A DNA stretch of 25,594 nt from a virus (IMGVR_UViG_3300032332_000683:1-25594), one strand, 5' to 3'. Shown: positions 1 to 9,989, numbered from the stretch's first letter. Notes: a model not told the origin generated them from the sequence alone. Made by a program: numbers and translations.

Positions 1-482
1 CTGTAATTTAACCATCCTTGATTTGCATCAGCATATACTAAAGATATTGCTTGGCCATTTGTGTCAAGAATAACGTTTGCTGTATTTGCTTGTATTTTAT
101 TTCCGTTTGGAAATAAAGTTATGTTATTTGATGTAAATGTTCTAGCATAATCAACAATCGTAATAGAATCTCCAACAGCTGGACTTGCCGGTAAAGTTAC
201 TGTTACATTTGCAATTGCAGTATTTACAAAATAACCTTTACCCGTAACAGCAATAAAATTTGTATTCTGTACCGGTTGCCATGAAACTCCACCACCAGAA
301 CTTGCTGCTCCGGATCCTACGTTTGCCCATGCAGTACCATTAGCACTCTCTAATGTATTTAAATCAGTATTGAAACGAATTGAACCTGCGGTGTTTGCTG
401 GCCTACTAGATGTGTTACCAGTAGGAACAATCAATGTAGAATTTGCTGAAACGATATCTGCTAGTGTTGATGTTTTACTCAT
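1..482 (-). CDS. Partial tail-fibre/adhesin protein (runs off the left edge), paralog of 484..1779 and 7474..8859; missing from the ORF track
   Basis: ATG at 482, 1 nt after the TAA of 484..1779. Hand translation is open to the edge: MSKTSTLADIVSANSTLIVPTGNTSSRPANTAGSIRFNTDLNTLESANGTAWANVGSG...VSWQPVQNTNFIAVTGKGYFVNT...TLPASPAVGDSITIVDYA...LVYADANQGWLNY. It aligns end to end with the N-terminal half of the 431-aa ORF. Confidence 0.9.
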   Translation of the reverse strand, partial: MSKTSTLADIVSANSTLIVPTGNTSSRPANTAGSIRFNTDLNTLESANGTAWANVGSGAASSGGGVSWQPVQNTNFIAVTGKGYFVNTAIANVTVTLPASPAVGDSITIVDYARTFTSNNITLFPNGNKIQANTANVILDTNGQAISLVYADANQGWLNY

Positions 483-1794
483 TTTATGCTATGAATGTTC
501 CTGATGAATTGAAGGTATGATAAACATATCCTCCAGTAATTGTTACTGTACCACCAACAGCTTTTTGCATATTTCCTGGATAACGGACTATTACAACACC
601 TGAACCTCCACCGCCTCCACCGCCTCCAGAATAATTCCATCCTCCTCCACCACCACCACCGGTGTTGGTGGTACCAGAAACTCCTGCTGTTGCGCTGTTT
701 GATCCTGCTCCACCTCCTCCAGATCCACCAGAACCTGCGTTTGTTCCTGATCCTCCGCCTCCACCGCCCGCATAATAATTTCCAAAATATGGCAAACCTG
801 CACCACCTGGTCCCGCTTGTCCGGATCCATTGCCATTTGTTCCGTTTGCTGCAGCTCCACCGCCGCCGCCACCATCACCATTCGAAGAACTTCCTCCGGC
901 CGATCCTTGACCTGAAGTTCCTGATCCGCCGTTTGTAGGACTATAACCATTATATGAAGCTCCTCCTCCTCCAGAACCACCAGATGTTGCTTGATAACCT
1001 GGAGCTGGAGATCCACCACTATACGTTAATGCACCTTTGCCTCCACCAATTGCAGTATAAGTAAATCCTGTTGTATTACTTCCGTTTGAACCTGTTGCTT
1101 GGTTAGCTGGAGGTCCTCCTCCTGCACCAACTGTAATTGGATATTGACTGCCAGAATTTGTTAATATATTTGATTGATATATTAAACCACCGGCACCACC
1201 ACCGCCACCGGTAGATCCTCCACCCGAACCACCACCCGCAACAAGTAAAACGTCAACAGCATATGTTCCTATAATTGCGCTTGATAATCCACTATATGCA
1301 ACCCAACCTTTATTATTATCAAAATATACTAAACTTAATGATGCACCACTATTTTGCAAAACAACATTTGATGTATTACCTTGAATTTTATTTCCATTTG
1401 GGTAAATTATTAAATTATTTGAAGTAAATAAATTACCATAATCTGTAAGTTGTATTTGCTGGCCAAAAGTTGGACTTGAAGGTAAAGTTACTATTACATT
1501 TCCTGTGGCAGTATTAACTCCATAACCATTACCAGCAACAGCAATGAAACTTGTATTCTGAACTGTTTGCCAAGAAACTCCACCTGAACCAGAAGAACTT
1601 GCTGCTCCTGAACCTACGTTTGCCCAATATACTCCGTTAGCACTCTCTAATGTACCTAAATCTGTATTATAACGAATTTGGCCGGCAGTATTTGCTGGCC
1701 TCTGTGCTGTGTTGCCAGTAGGAACAATCAATGAATTAAATTGTGGTGCTGAATTAGCTAAGTTTCTTGTTTTACTCATTTTATGTTATGAATG
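471..1794. repeat. 27-bp direct repeat (1 mismatch) spanning two successive gene junctions
   Basis: tgttttactcattttatgYtatgaatg at 471-497 and 1768-1794. Confidence 0.9.
484..1779 (-). CDS. Glycine-rich adhesin-like tail protein (431 aa): PTG..RP..G.IRYNT module, T4 gp9/gp10/gp34-N-like beta domain, C-terminal polyglycine domain
   Basis: Contains VPTGNTAQRPANTAGQIRYNTDLGTLE and GYGVNTATGNVIVTLPSSPTFGQQIQLTDY...LVY...GW. The Gly-rich domain is framed by LLVAGGG...GGGAGGLI and GGSGVVIVRY...HTFNSSGTFIA. Confidence 0.8.
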   Translation of the reverse strand: MSKTRNLANSAPQFNSLIVPTGNTAQRPANTAGQIRYNTDLGTLESANGVYWANVGSGAASSSGSGGVSWQTVQNTSFIAVAGNGYGVNTATGNVIVTLPSSPTFGQQIQLTDYGNLFTSNNLIIYPNGNKIQGNTSNVVLQNSGASLSLVYFDNNKGWVAYSGLSSAIIGTYAVDVLLVAGGGSGGGSTGGGGGAGGLIYQSNILTNSGSQYPITVGAGGGPPANQATGSNGSNTTGFTYTAIGGGKGALTYSGGSPAPGYQATSGGSGGGGASYNGYSPTNGGSGTSGQGSAGGSSSNGDGGGGGGAAANGTNGNGSGQAGPGGAGLPYFGNYYAGGGGGGSGTNAGSGGSGGGGAGSNSATAGVSGTTNTGGGGGGGWNYSGGGGGGGGSGVVIVRYPGNMQKAVGGTVTITGGYVYHTFNSSGTFIA

Positions 1795-2698
1795 ATCCGC
1801 TACTTGTATATGTGTGTATTGTAAAACCACCTGATGATGTTACTGTTCCACCCGTTGCTCTTTGTGAACCAGCATAAGATATGACAACAATGCCAGAACC
1901 TCCGGAACCTCCTGCAGGACTATTACCTGCTCCTGTTCCTGCGCCACCTCCACCAGTATTTGTTGATCCGCCTGTGCCTCCTGTACCAGCACCGCCTATA
2001 CCTGATGCTGCTGATGCACCGCCTGTTCCGCCTCCGCCAGCTCCACCAGGATATGAAGTTTGTGTTGCACTTCCCCCACCTCCACCTCCACCACCTCCAT
2101 AATATGTTGGAGAACCTGCATAAGAACTTAATGCACCTGCACCACCGGTTGAATCACTTGACCTTGCGCCGCCACCACCGCCACCAGCACCTCCTCTAGG
2201 AGAATTTCCTGATGCACCAGGATTTCCTTGGCCTGATGTGCCGGCACCTGGACTTCCTCCGTCACCGCCACCACCTCCGCCGGATCCTCCACTACCTCCA
2301 GCACCAGCTTCATCTCCACCACCACGTCCACCACCAATAGCAGTCATACCAAGTGCAACTGTATCCGAACCATTTGATCCTGGACTACTAGGAGCTCCTG
2401 ATGCTCCGCCACCGCCACCACCACCGATTGTTACTCCATAAGTAACATTTGGATTAGCAACCATAGTTCCAATAAGAACACCGCCTGCACCACCTCCACC
2501 GCCACCACCACCGGCACCGTTTGGAGATTCACCGCCACCGCCGCCTCCGCCTCCGCCAACAATAACATATCTTAACTGATATCCACCATATTGATATCCT
2601 GATACACCTTGTTGCATATCCGAAAGTGTGTAAATCCCTTTACTCGTAAAACTGAGTGGGTTATACGCACCGACAGTTCTACCGTTACCTCTTGCCAT
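1781..2698 (-). CDS. Glycine-rich adhesin-like protein (305 aa) with short N-terminal GIYTLSD..Q segment; paralog of 9996..10865
   Basis: About 40-aa N-terminus, then YVIVGGGG...GAGGVL, repeated poly-Gly tracts and GGSGIVVISY...HTYTSSGSFIT. Start overlaps the upstream stop (TAATG). Confidence 0.8.
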   Translation of the reverse strand: MARGNGRTVGAYNPLSFTSKGIYTLSDMQQGVSGYQYGGYQLRYVIVGGGGGGGGGESPNGAGGGGGGGGAGGVLIGTMVANPNVTYGVTIGGGGGGGASGAPSSPGSNGSDTVALGMTAIGGGRGGGDEAGAGGSGGSGGGGGGDGGSPGAGTSGQGNPGASGNSPRGGAGGGGGGARSSDSTGGAGALSSYAGSPTYYGGGGGGGGGSATQTSYPGGAGGGGTGGASAASGIGGAGTGGTGGSTNTGGGGAGTGAGNSPAGGSGGSGIVVISYAGSQRATGGTVTSSGGFTIHTYTSSGSFIT

Positions 2699-3054
2699 TA
2701 TGAAATAATTTCGTAACTTGCAGTAACGTGTGCAGTATTAGCTGATACGTTTGCTCTAATTGTATCACCTTCTACCAAATACAAAATAATATCTTTTGCT
2801 AATGCAACCAAAGTTGAGTTGGCAGGAACAGAAACACCACCAGCCAACATATAAGCACTTGCACCACGCAATACATCTACGTTTGCAGTAATAGAGTTTG
2901 CACCATAATTGGTAACAAGGACAGAGTTTACTTTAATGACAGAGTTACTACCACCAGCATTAGTTAATACGCCGGACATAGCTGCATTATTAGCCACAAT
3001 ATATGCGGCATTTGCAGTAATAGTAGTTACGTTTACGATGTTTGGTGCTGCCAT
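2698..3054 (-). CDS. ~118-aa beta-rich fibre-associated protein (putative tip adaptor); paralog of 10874..11233
   Basis: The start is better placed at 3054 (MAAPNIVNV) than 3072: it matches the paralog start MATPNIINT and follows GGAGGA-TAA-C-ATG. Shared motifs IK(V/I)N, ANVDV.R, VP..S, KD...YL.EGD..RANVS, T.SY. Confidence 0.85.
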   Translation of the reverse strand: MAAPNIVNVTTITANAAYIVANNAAMSGVLTNAGGSNSVIKVNSVLVTNYGANSITANVDVLRGASAYMLAGGVSVPANSTLVALAKDIILYLVEGDTIRANVSANTAHVTASYEIIS

Positions 3055-3055
3055 G

Positions 3056-6000
3056 TTATCCTCCGAATACAATAGCCATTGCTATTGCTTTACCTGTTGA
3101 AGCAAATCTGGTATTTGCCTGTGCTTGTGTATATGTATTTGCTGTGGTTGCAAAAATAGTATTTGCATCCGTTTTAGTTAAAAATAAATTGTTTGATTGT
3201 ACCTGTGTATAACCATTGGCCGCAACACTAAAATTACCAAAAGCAGTAATGGCAATTTCATCATTTGCATAAGATGGATTGGCCAACGAAACTGATGTTC
3301 CATTTGTTGCAGTATAATCTATTTTATTTCTGAGTGTTGAACCGTTACGAACAACAATCAAACCATCTTGCATATACGATAAACTGTTACCATATATATC
3401 TGAGCCGGTAAAGTTGGTTTGACCTGCGGTACTGGTGTAATAATATGTTGAAATAGTATTCTGTGTATTTTGTCCTTGAACATTAAATGAACCGAACGCA
3501 ACGATACTCAATTCATCGTTGGCCAAAGCACCAGAAGTTAATTGAATAAATGCAGTATTTGTTTGTAAGTAATCTGTACCATTTCTAAGTGTAAGACCAT
3601 TGAGTGTTACAAACAAATTATTTGGATTATAATTTAATGACAAACCATTAATATCTGTACCACCAAAAGATGTTTGATTATTACTTGCAGTATAGGTATA
3701 TGTGGTAATTGTATTCTGTGCAGCAGTCAATGACATACTTTGGAATGTAATAACATCCAATGCATCGTTAGCAAAAGAACCAGAAGTTAATGTAATTGTT
3801 GTGCCGTTGTTGGCGAAGTAATCTTCTGTTGGTCTTAAAAATACACCATTCAAATATACAGAAAGTGCATTGACATTATAACTTAATGTTTGACTGTATG
3901 CATCGGCACCAACAAATATAGTTTGATTATTAGTTGCATTAAAACGATAATTTCTTTGTGTTGCATTTGCACCAGCACCAGCAGGACCAGGAGCACCAGC
4001 AGAACCAGCAGGACCGGCAGTACCAGTATCACCTTTAGGACCAGTAGTTGATATGACTTGCCATGTTGCACCATCATAAACCAATGTTACACTTGAACGA
4101 GAAATGTTCAACGCTAAAGTATCTGCAATACCTTGAATTGTTCTGCCGTTTGGATTAACCAATACGTTATTGTTTGACCAACCAGTATTTGGACCAGAAG
4201 CATCAGCGATAACAATTACGTTTGCTAATACTGGTGATGCAGGTAATGTAATTGTAAATGAACCTGCGGCCGAGTTAGCCAATAATTGAATGTTATTGCC
4301 AACGGTATAGTTAGATGTAACAACGTTCCAACTTGCTAATGAAGAACCTCCACCACCACTTCCGGTTCCACTTGCAGCAGAAACTTGCCTTGTACCATCA
4401 GCAAAAGTAATGCCCGTTGACAACGCACCAGTAAATACAATGTTACTTCCAAAGTTTGTTACAGTATTACCTGAAGAACCAACGCCAATGTTAATAACTG
4501 TATTAGAACCTGCAGCACCATAGTTACCAAGACCAAGTGTTTTGGTACTACCAGAAGCAACAATACCATTGGCGATTTCTGTATTACTTGTAACTGTGGA
4601 TCTTCCAAATACTGTGTTGCTAGTTTGTGCAGTTCCACCATAAATGAAAGCACCCGTTGTTAATGCAGTACCAAAGTTAATAGCACCTGTTGTTTGTGCG
4701 GTTGATAAAGAAGTTGTACCAGCAGCTGCACCAGTTAATGATAGTGTGCTTGATGCAGTTAAAGCACCAGCAATTGCTGTTGCACCTAAAGATGTTGTTC
4801 CTGGTAAATAGTTTGTACCATCGGACTTAAAGTTTCCTGTGACAAATAAAGCACCATTTGATATAGTATTACCACTTAATACAATATTTTTGGCAATAAC
4901 TTCCGCAGCAGTTTTATTTGTTGAAAATTGATTTACAAATCTACCTGTTGCACCAAGCATATACATCGTATTTGCCGCATCAGCATAATACAAAGCTTGT
5001 GGAGAATTTTCTTCTGAAAATACATTTCGTTTTACTTTGTAACTTGCTGTGGTTACATCCCACGGAGTAGATAAAGTGAATTCATTGATGCCTCTATATT
5101 GAGTACCAGTAATCCACATTTTGCTACCATCATTATTAAATGCTACCGCATTTCCTGTGCTTTCAATACCAGCAAAGTTATTTGTATTTGATGTGAAGGT
5201 AGCAGTATTAACACTCCATGGAGTGCTTAATGTATACATATAAACCGCATCATTGGCAGTACCAATAACATACATTTGAGAACCATCAGGTTTAAATGTT
5301 AAACCGGTTACAGTAGTATCTTGAGCTTGTAATGATGCAGTATTGGAGTTTACAATGAATGATGCAGTATTAATATCCCATGGTGTGGACAAATAATATT
5401 GAAACACTCTCTTATTTGCATTACCTAAAACATACATCTGTGTACCATCGGTACTAAATGCTAAATCTTGAGGTGAAGTATCTTGTGTATTAACTAAAAC
5501 TGCTGCCGTATTAACCGAAGTGTTGGCGTTCCAAGCTACACTAAGTGGCGCCTGATATACTCTACCAGTAACACTACCGAGAGTATACATTATTGTGCCA
5601 TCAGGTTTAAATGCTATACCAACAGGTGAAGTATCGGCAGTATATGCTAATCTATCTGTTGAAAGGTCCCAAGTTGTTACGTTATCATCTGTACCTGCAT
5701 AATAAACGGCACTATTTGTACCTGAGAAATAAACAGAAGGTAAACGACCGGTAAGGTTTGCAGTTGAAGCAGTTAAGTTACCAGTAATGTTAACTGAACC
5801 TGTAATCGTTCCACCGGAAGAATTAAATTTGGTGTTGGCAGTTGCAAATGCAGCCCATGCTGCATTGTTGGCTGTTGTTATATTGGTGTTTTGTGTTAAA
5901 TCTACGCCTTGTATAATGCCAATCGATGTATTCTGTGTATCATTAACCGATTGATAATCTCTACCATTAACTATAACAGAATTTGCAACAAGATTGCCTT

Positions 6001-7441
6001 TAAAGAAAGAAGCGTTTACGTTTGCAGTAGAAAACGATGCATGATTAATATTGACGTTATTATTTGTATCTAATTCTGGTGTGTAACCTTTAAAGAAATA
6101 ATATTCTTTAGTTCCATAATCTCTGATAAGACCGCTATGAGCATTTGTTCCATCATTATAGTGTCCAGCAAAACCAATATCAAGAAGATCCGATGTGTAA
6201 TTACCTACACCTAAAACCAATAACGGATCATTAATATTAAATGATTGGGTATTAGAAACAAAATTTGTACCAGCAACATACAAGTTACCTGTTACTGTAA
6301 GGTCATTGTTACCTGAGATGGTAACTGGACCAGTAATATTACCACCAGAAGAATTAAATTTGGTGTTAGCTGTATTGTATGCTGACTGTGCAAATTGATT
6401 TACTGCGGTGATGTTAGTATTTTGTGTAAGATTAACACCTTCAATAATACTAATGGAAGTGTTTTGATTGGTATTAATGGTTTCAATAGAATTGATTCTA
6501 GTATTTTGAGTTACATTAGTACCTTCAATACCATCCAATCTAGTATTCTGTGTTGCATCTACACCAATTGTTACGTTGGCTTGATTGTAAGCAGCTTGTG
6601 CTAATGCTCTTGCTGTGGTATCTGGAGTTGCTGAAGGATTTAATATGTTGGTGCCAACGCCAGCACCAGCTGCCGTTAAATCAATGTATGCGCCTCGAGC
6701 AGAACCACCTTGTTCAAAAATTCTTAATTTATTTTGATAAACATCAATTGTTACTCCGCCAGATAAAGTAGTATTTGTTATTGCTGGACCTAAGTATATT
6801 TCACCGCCTTCATCACCACCTTGTGTTAGTGCTCTGAGTGTTCCGGTGATGTTTAATTCACCATTAAATATAGCGCCGTTAGTATTTGCTAAAGCATTAT
6901 TGGCCTTACTAAATGCGGCCCATGCAGCATTGTTAGCAGTAGTAATGTTAGTATTTTGTGTAAGGTTGGTACCTTCAATACCATCTAATCTAGTATTCTG
7001 TGTAAGGTCAACACTTTGAATAACTGCAATTGTTGTGTTTTGATTTGTATTGATTGTTTCAATACTTTGAATTCTAGTATTCTGTGTTGCATCAATACCT
7101 AAGCTAGCATTTGCCAATGCATAAGCAGAAGCTGCATATTGATTAACTGACGTAATATTTGTATTTTGTGTGAGGTCTACACCTTGAATAATACTAATTA
7201 AAGTATTCTGTGTTGTATCAATACCAACAGTTACGTTGGCTTGATTATAAGCACCTTGCGCTAAACCATTCGCACCATTAGCCGTAGTGCGAGCAAAGGC
7301 ATCAACTGCCACACCAGCAGTAGTTTGTTTTGTACCATCGGGGAATACTAAAGAGTTGGCAAGAACCAGATTGTTATTCGCCGTGTCAATTGTAATGACA
7401 CTTTGAAGTTTACTGAGTAGGCGTGGTAAAGAAAAGGCCAT
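3056..7441 (-). CDS. Large modular tail-fibre protein (1461 aa): TQNT coiled-coil repeats, DIGFAG domain, beta-propeller, gp9/gp10/gp34-like domain, short collagen tract, three AT..QT.F/NG..L..DY repeats, C-terminal GKAIAMAIVFGG
   Basis: Domains were read from the translation: 14-aa repeats like QGVDLTQNTNIT; five blades of type F..DG..MY..G/LSTPW; GPKGDTGTAGPAGSAGAPGPAG; three ~80-aa C-terminal repeats. Confidence 0.85.
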   Translation of the reverse strand: MAFSLPRLLSKLQSVITIDTANNNLVLANSLVFPDGTKQTTAGVAVDAFARTTANGANGLAQGAYNQANVTVGIDTTQNTLISIIQGVDLTQNTNITSVNQYAASAYALANASLGIDATQNTRIQSIETINTNQNTTIAVIQSVDLTQNTRLDGIEGTNLTQNTNITTANNAAWAAFSKANNALANTNGAIFNGELNITGTLRALTQGGDEGGEIYLGPAITNTTLSGGVTIDVYQNKLRIFEQGGSARGAYIDLTAAGAGVGTNILNPSATPDTTARALAQAAYNQANVTIGVDATQNTRLDGIEGTNVTQNTRINSIETINTNQNTSISIIEGVNLTQNTNITAVNQFAQSAYNTANTKFNSSGGNITGPVTISGNNDLTVTGNLYVAGTNFVSNTQSFNINDPLLVLGVGNYTSDLLDIGFAGHYNDGTNAHSGLIRDYGTKEYYFFKGYTPELDTNNNVNINHASFSTANVNASFFKGNLVANSVIVNGRDYQSVNDTQNTSIGIIQGVDLTQNTNITTANNAAWAAFATANTKFNSSGGTITGSVNITGNLTASTANLTGRLPSVYFSGTNSAVYYAGTDDNVTTWDLSTDRLAYTADTSPVGIAFKPDGTIMYTLGSVTGRVYQAPLSVAWNANTSVNTAAVLVNTQDTSPQDLAFSTDGTQMYVLGNANKRVFQYYLSTPWDINTASFIVNSNTASLQAQDTTVTGLTFKPDGSQMYVIGTANDAVYMYTLSTPWSVNTATFTSNTNNFAGIESTGNAVAFNNDGSKMWITGTQYRGINEFTLSTPWDVTTASYKVKRNVFSEENSPQALYYADAANTMYMLGATGRFVNQFSTNKTAAEVIAKNIVLSGNTISNGALFVTGNFKSDGTNYLPGTTSLGATAIAGALTASSTLSLTGAAAGTTSLSTAQTTGAINFGTALTTGAFIYGGTAQTSNTVFGRSTVTSNTEIANGIVASGSTKTLGLGNYGAAGSNTVINIGVGSSGNTVTNFGSNIVFTGALSTGITFADGTRQVSAASGTGSGGGGSSLASWNVVTSNYTVGNNIQLLANSAAGSFTITLPASPVLANVIVIADASGPNTGWSNNNVLVNPNGRTIQGIADTLALNISRSSVTLVYDGATWQVISTTGPKGDTGTAGPAGSAGAPGPAGAGANATQRNYRFNATNNQTIFVGADAYSQTLSYNVNALSVYLNGVFLRPTEDYFANNGTTITLTSGSFANDALDVITFQSMSLTAAQNTITTYTYTASNNQTSFGGTDINGLSLNYNPNNLFVTLNGLTLRNGTDYLQTNTAFIQLTSGALANDELSIVAFGSFNVQGQNTQNTISTYYYTSTAGQTNFTGSDIYGNSLSYMQDGLIVVRNGSTLRNKIDYTATNGTSVSLANPSYANDEIAITAFGNFSVAANGYTQVQSNNLFLTKTDANTIFATTANTYTQAQANTRFASTGKAIAMAIVFGG

Positions 7442-7467
7442 CTATTATTCTTTTTATGTTATTGTAT

Positions 7468-7475
7468 TATTTATC
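7468..7475 (-). promoter_or_regulatory. T4-type late promoter box GATAAATA at the start of the second fibre cassette
   Basis: ATAAATA overlaps the TGA of the 461-aa gene, 26 nt before the ATG of the 1461-aa fibre. Confidence 0.65.
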
Positions 7476-8859
7476 AAGCGACAAAGGTGCCACTTGATGT
7501 GAAGGTGTGTATGGTGTAACCGCTTGAATAACTAACACTTCCACCAGAAGCTCTTTGTGGGCCCAAATATCGAACAATGACTACACCAGATCCACCAGCA
7601 CCAGAATTAGTAACAGTAACACCCATTCCTCCTCCACCACCACCAGTATTTGATCCGCCACTTCCACCTGTTGCACCTGTTGTTGTTGTGGATGTTCCAT
7701 TACCACCAGTATTTAATGCAGTACCTCCACCAGCACCAACTCGGCCAGAAGAATCATATGAGTTTGCACCACCACCGCCACCACCTAATCCGCCATTTCC
7801 TGGAGTTGCATTATTAGATCCTCCTCGGTTTGCTTGGCCTTGGCCTCCGCCACCGCCGCCACCAGACCAATAGAGAGAGGATCCTGTAATTGATGATATT
7901 GACCCATTTCCTCCCGAACCTGCGGATGTACCTGAAGCCGTACCACCAGTAGCACCAGCACCACCACCGCCACCACCTAAGTATGGGTCAGTAGATGTTG
8001 CTCCACCTCCACCAGGATTTCCTTGGCCAGCAGTTCCGCCTCCTGCTCCTGTTGGCGCAGCACTTGATCCTCCACCGCCTGATCCTCCAGATCCAGCAAC
8101 TCCTGCATTATGGCCGCCGCCTGCACCACCACCAATAGCAGTTTGACCAAAAAAAGAACTATTTGTTCCGTTACTACCGGCAGTTGCACCACCGCCAATT
8201 ACAGCGGCACCACCAGCGCCTACTGTTACTGAGTATGAAGTACCTGGGACAATTAGTATTGATGTGCCTGTGATTAATCCACCTGCGCCGCCTCCACCTC
8301 CTGCGCCACCACTAGCACCACCAGCTGCAATTAAATAATCCATTGCATAATTTCCTATTGGTGATGTTGGAAATCCAGAATAAGGAAGCCAACCTCTTGT
8401 AGTGTCCGTGTAAACTAATCCTAAGGCTGCACCGCTTGATTGAACATTGACGTTTGCAGTATTACCTTGAATTTTATTTCCATTAGGATAAAGAATAAAA
8501 GCATTAGCGCTAGCGGTACTGGCATAATCCATTATAGTTACAATATCACCTAAAGTTGGTGAAGATGGTAAACTTACAGTAACATTTCCTAATGTTGTGT
8601 TAACCAAATAACCATTACTTTTTACCGCAATAAAGTTTGTATTCTGAACTGGTTGCCATGAAACTCCACCACCACCAGATGAAGCTGAACTTGAACCCAC
8701 ATTTGACCAAGCACCTCCACCAAATCCTTCAAATGATGCAGTAGTTGTATTGAATCTAAAATATCCATTTGCACCAGTAGGTCGAGCACCAGTAGTTCCT
8801 GATGGAATAATAATTGCTGTGTTCTGAATTAGGCGGGAGTTATCTCTTGATTTTGTCAT
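7474..8859 (-). CDS. Glycine-rich adhesin-like tail protein (461 aa), same architecture as 484..1779
   Basis: Contains IPSGTTGARPTGANGYFRFNT..FEG and GYLVNTTLGNVTVSLPSSPTLGDIVTIMDY. The Gly-rich domain ends GGSGVVIVRY...HTFTSSGTFVA. Confidence 0.8.
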   Translation of the reverse strand: MTKSRDNSRLIQNTAIIIPSGTTGARPTGANGYFRFNTTTASFEGFGGGAWSNVGSSSASSGGGGVSWQPVQNTNFIAVKSNGYLVNTTLGNVTVSLPSSPTLGDIVTIMDYASTASANAFILYPNGNKIQGNTANVNVQSSGAALGLVYTDTTRGWLPYSGFPTSPIGNYAMDYLIAAGGASGGAGGGGGAGGLITGTSILIVPGTSYSVTVGAGGAAVIGGGATAGSNGTNSSFFGQTAIGGGAGGGHNAGVAGSGGSGGGGSSAAPTGAGGGTAGQGNPGGGGATSTDPYLGGGGGGAGATGGTASGTSAGSGGNGSISSITGSSLYWSGGGGGGGQGQANRGGSNNATPGNGGLGGGGGGANSYDSSGRVGAGGGTALNTGGNGTSTTTTGATGGSGGSNTGGGGGGMGVTVTNSGAGGSGVVIVRYLGPQRASGGSVSYSSGYTIHTFTSSGTFVA

Positions 8860-8867
8860 GGTATTAT

Positions 8868-9989
8868 TTAAGCTGTAAAGGTTCCACTAGATGTGAAAGT
8901 GTGATAATAATAACCAGCAGAAGAAGATATTGTTCCACCTAATCCTTTTTGATAAGAACTAAGGTAACGAATAATCACAACACCGGATCCTCCATTGCCA
9001 CCCGCAGCAGTAGGACCACCGCCCGAACCACCACCTCCACCTCCACCTAAATTTGGTGTGCCGTTGTTACCGCCATTTGCAAACGCACCACCGGCACCAC
9101 CTCCACCTGAACCACCTGAACCGGCCGTACCTGAATTATATAAACCGGCGCCGCCACCGCCAGCATAAGTTGTGCCGTTTACCCATGTAGATCCAGCACC
9201 ACCCGGTGGCGCAGTTCCTCCGTTGATAGCGGCATTACCGCCAGCGCCACTAGCTCCTCCTCCGGATCCTCCAGAACCTCCGGGAGATGCGTAACCGTTT
9301 CCTCCGGCATTTCCTTGACCAGATGTTGCAGAACCTCCGGCAGGAGCTGGAGTACCACCTGCGCCGCCACCTCCACCACCTGATCCTCCTGAATTTCCTG
9401 ATGAACCTGTTGGTCCTGTGTCGTAACCTCCGCCACCTCCACCAATTGCGGTGGTGCCAAGTCCAGTAATGAGAGAATTTCCACCATTGACACCTTGTGC
9501 AGCTGAGCCGGCCGTTGGAGAGTTTCCACCGGATCCTCCGGAACCAACAGTAACAGAATATGTTGTTCCTGGTGTTACTAATGAATTTGAACCTGTGACA
9601 TAACCTCCGGCACCACCACCTCCAGCACCGTATCTGTTATTATTAGGACCACCGCAACCTCCGCCGCCACCACCAGCAACAATTAAATAATCAATTGCAT
9701 AAGTTGTGGAAGTTATTACAGCCCATCCGGTATTACCTGAAACATAAATTTCCATTGCGCCATTACTTGTATTCCACCTAATTGCACCATTAGCTGCAGC
9801 TGCAGGTCTTTGTATAGTGTTGCCTGTGGGAATATAAAATGCTCCGTTAGAACTACTAGCATCAATAATACCAGTAGCAGAAGTCATAATAATATTATTT
9901 AAACCAGTAGATACCACATTAGCTGCACTAGTAGCTGATGAAGAAGATACGGAAAGAGATTGTGCTATTTGTTGTGCTTTAGTTGCCAT
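8868..9989 (-). CDS. Glycine-rich adhesin-like tail protein (373 aa), lacking the gp9/gp10/gp34-like middle domain
   Basis: IPTGNTIQRPAAAANGAIRWNT...MEIY...GW is joined directly to DYLIVAGGGG...GGSGVVIIRY...HTFTSSGTFTA. Confidence 0.8.
   Translation of the reverse strand: MATKAQQIAQSLSVSSSSATSAANVVSTGLNNIIMTSATGIIDASSSNGAFYIPTGNTIQRPAAAANGAIRWNTSNGAMEIYVSGNTGWAVITSTTYAIDYLIVAGGGGGGCGGPNNNRYGAGGGGAGGYVTGSNSLVTPGTTYSVTVGSGGSGGNSPTAGSAAQGVNGGNSLITGLGTTAIGGGGGGYDTGPTGSSGNSGGSGGGGGGAGGTPAPAGGSATSGQGNAGGNGYASPGGSGGSGGGASGAGGNAAINGGTAPPGGAGSTWVNGTTYAGGGGAGLYNSGTAGSGGSGGGGAGGAFANGGNNGTPNLGGGGGGGSGGGPTAAGGNGGSGVVIIRYLSSYQKGLGGTISSSAGYYYHTFTSSGTFTA

Noticed and set aside
3055-3072. ORF-track start at 3072 (MYSEDN)
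   Set aside because: Non-ATG start inside the upstream gene. The ATG at 3054 has an SD and matches the paralog start.
5850-7260. CRISPR-like regularly spaced repeats
   Set aside because: The repeats are degenerate, in frame and explained by 14-aa protein repeats. No cas genes.
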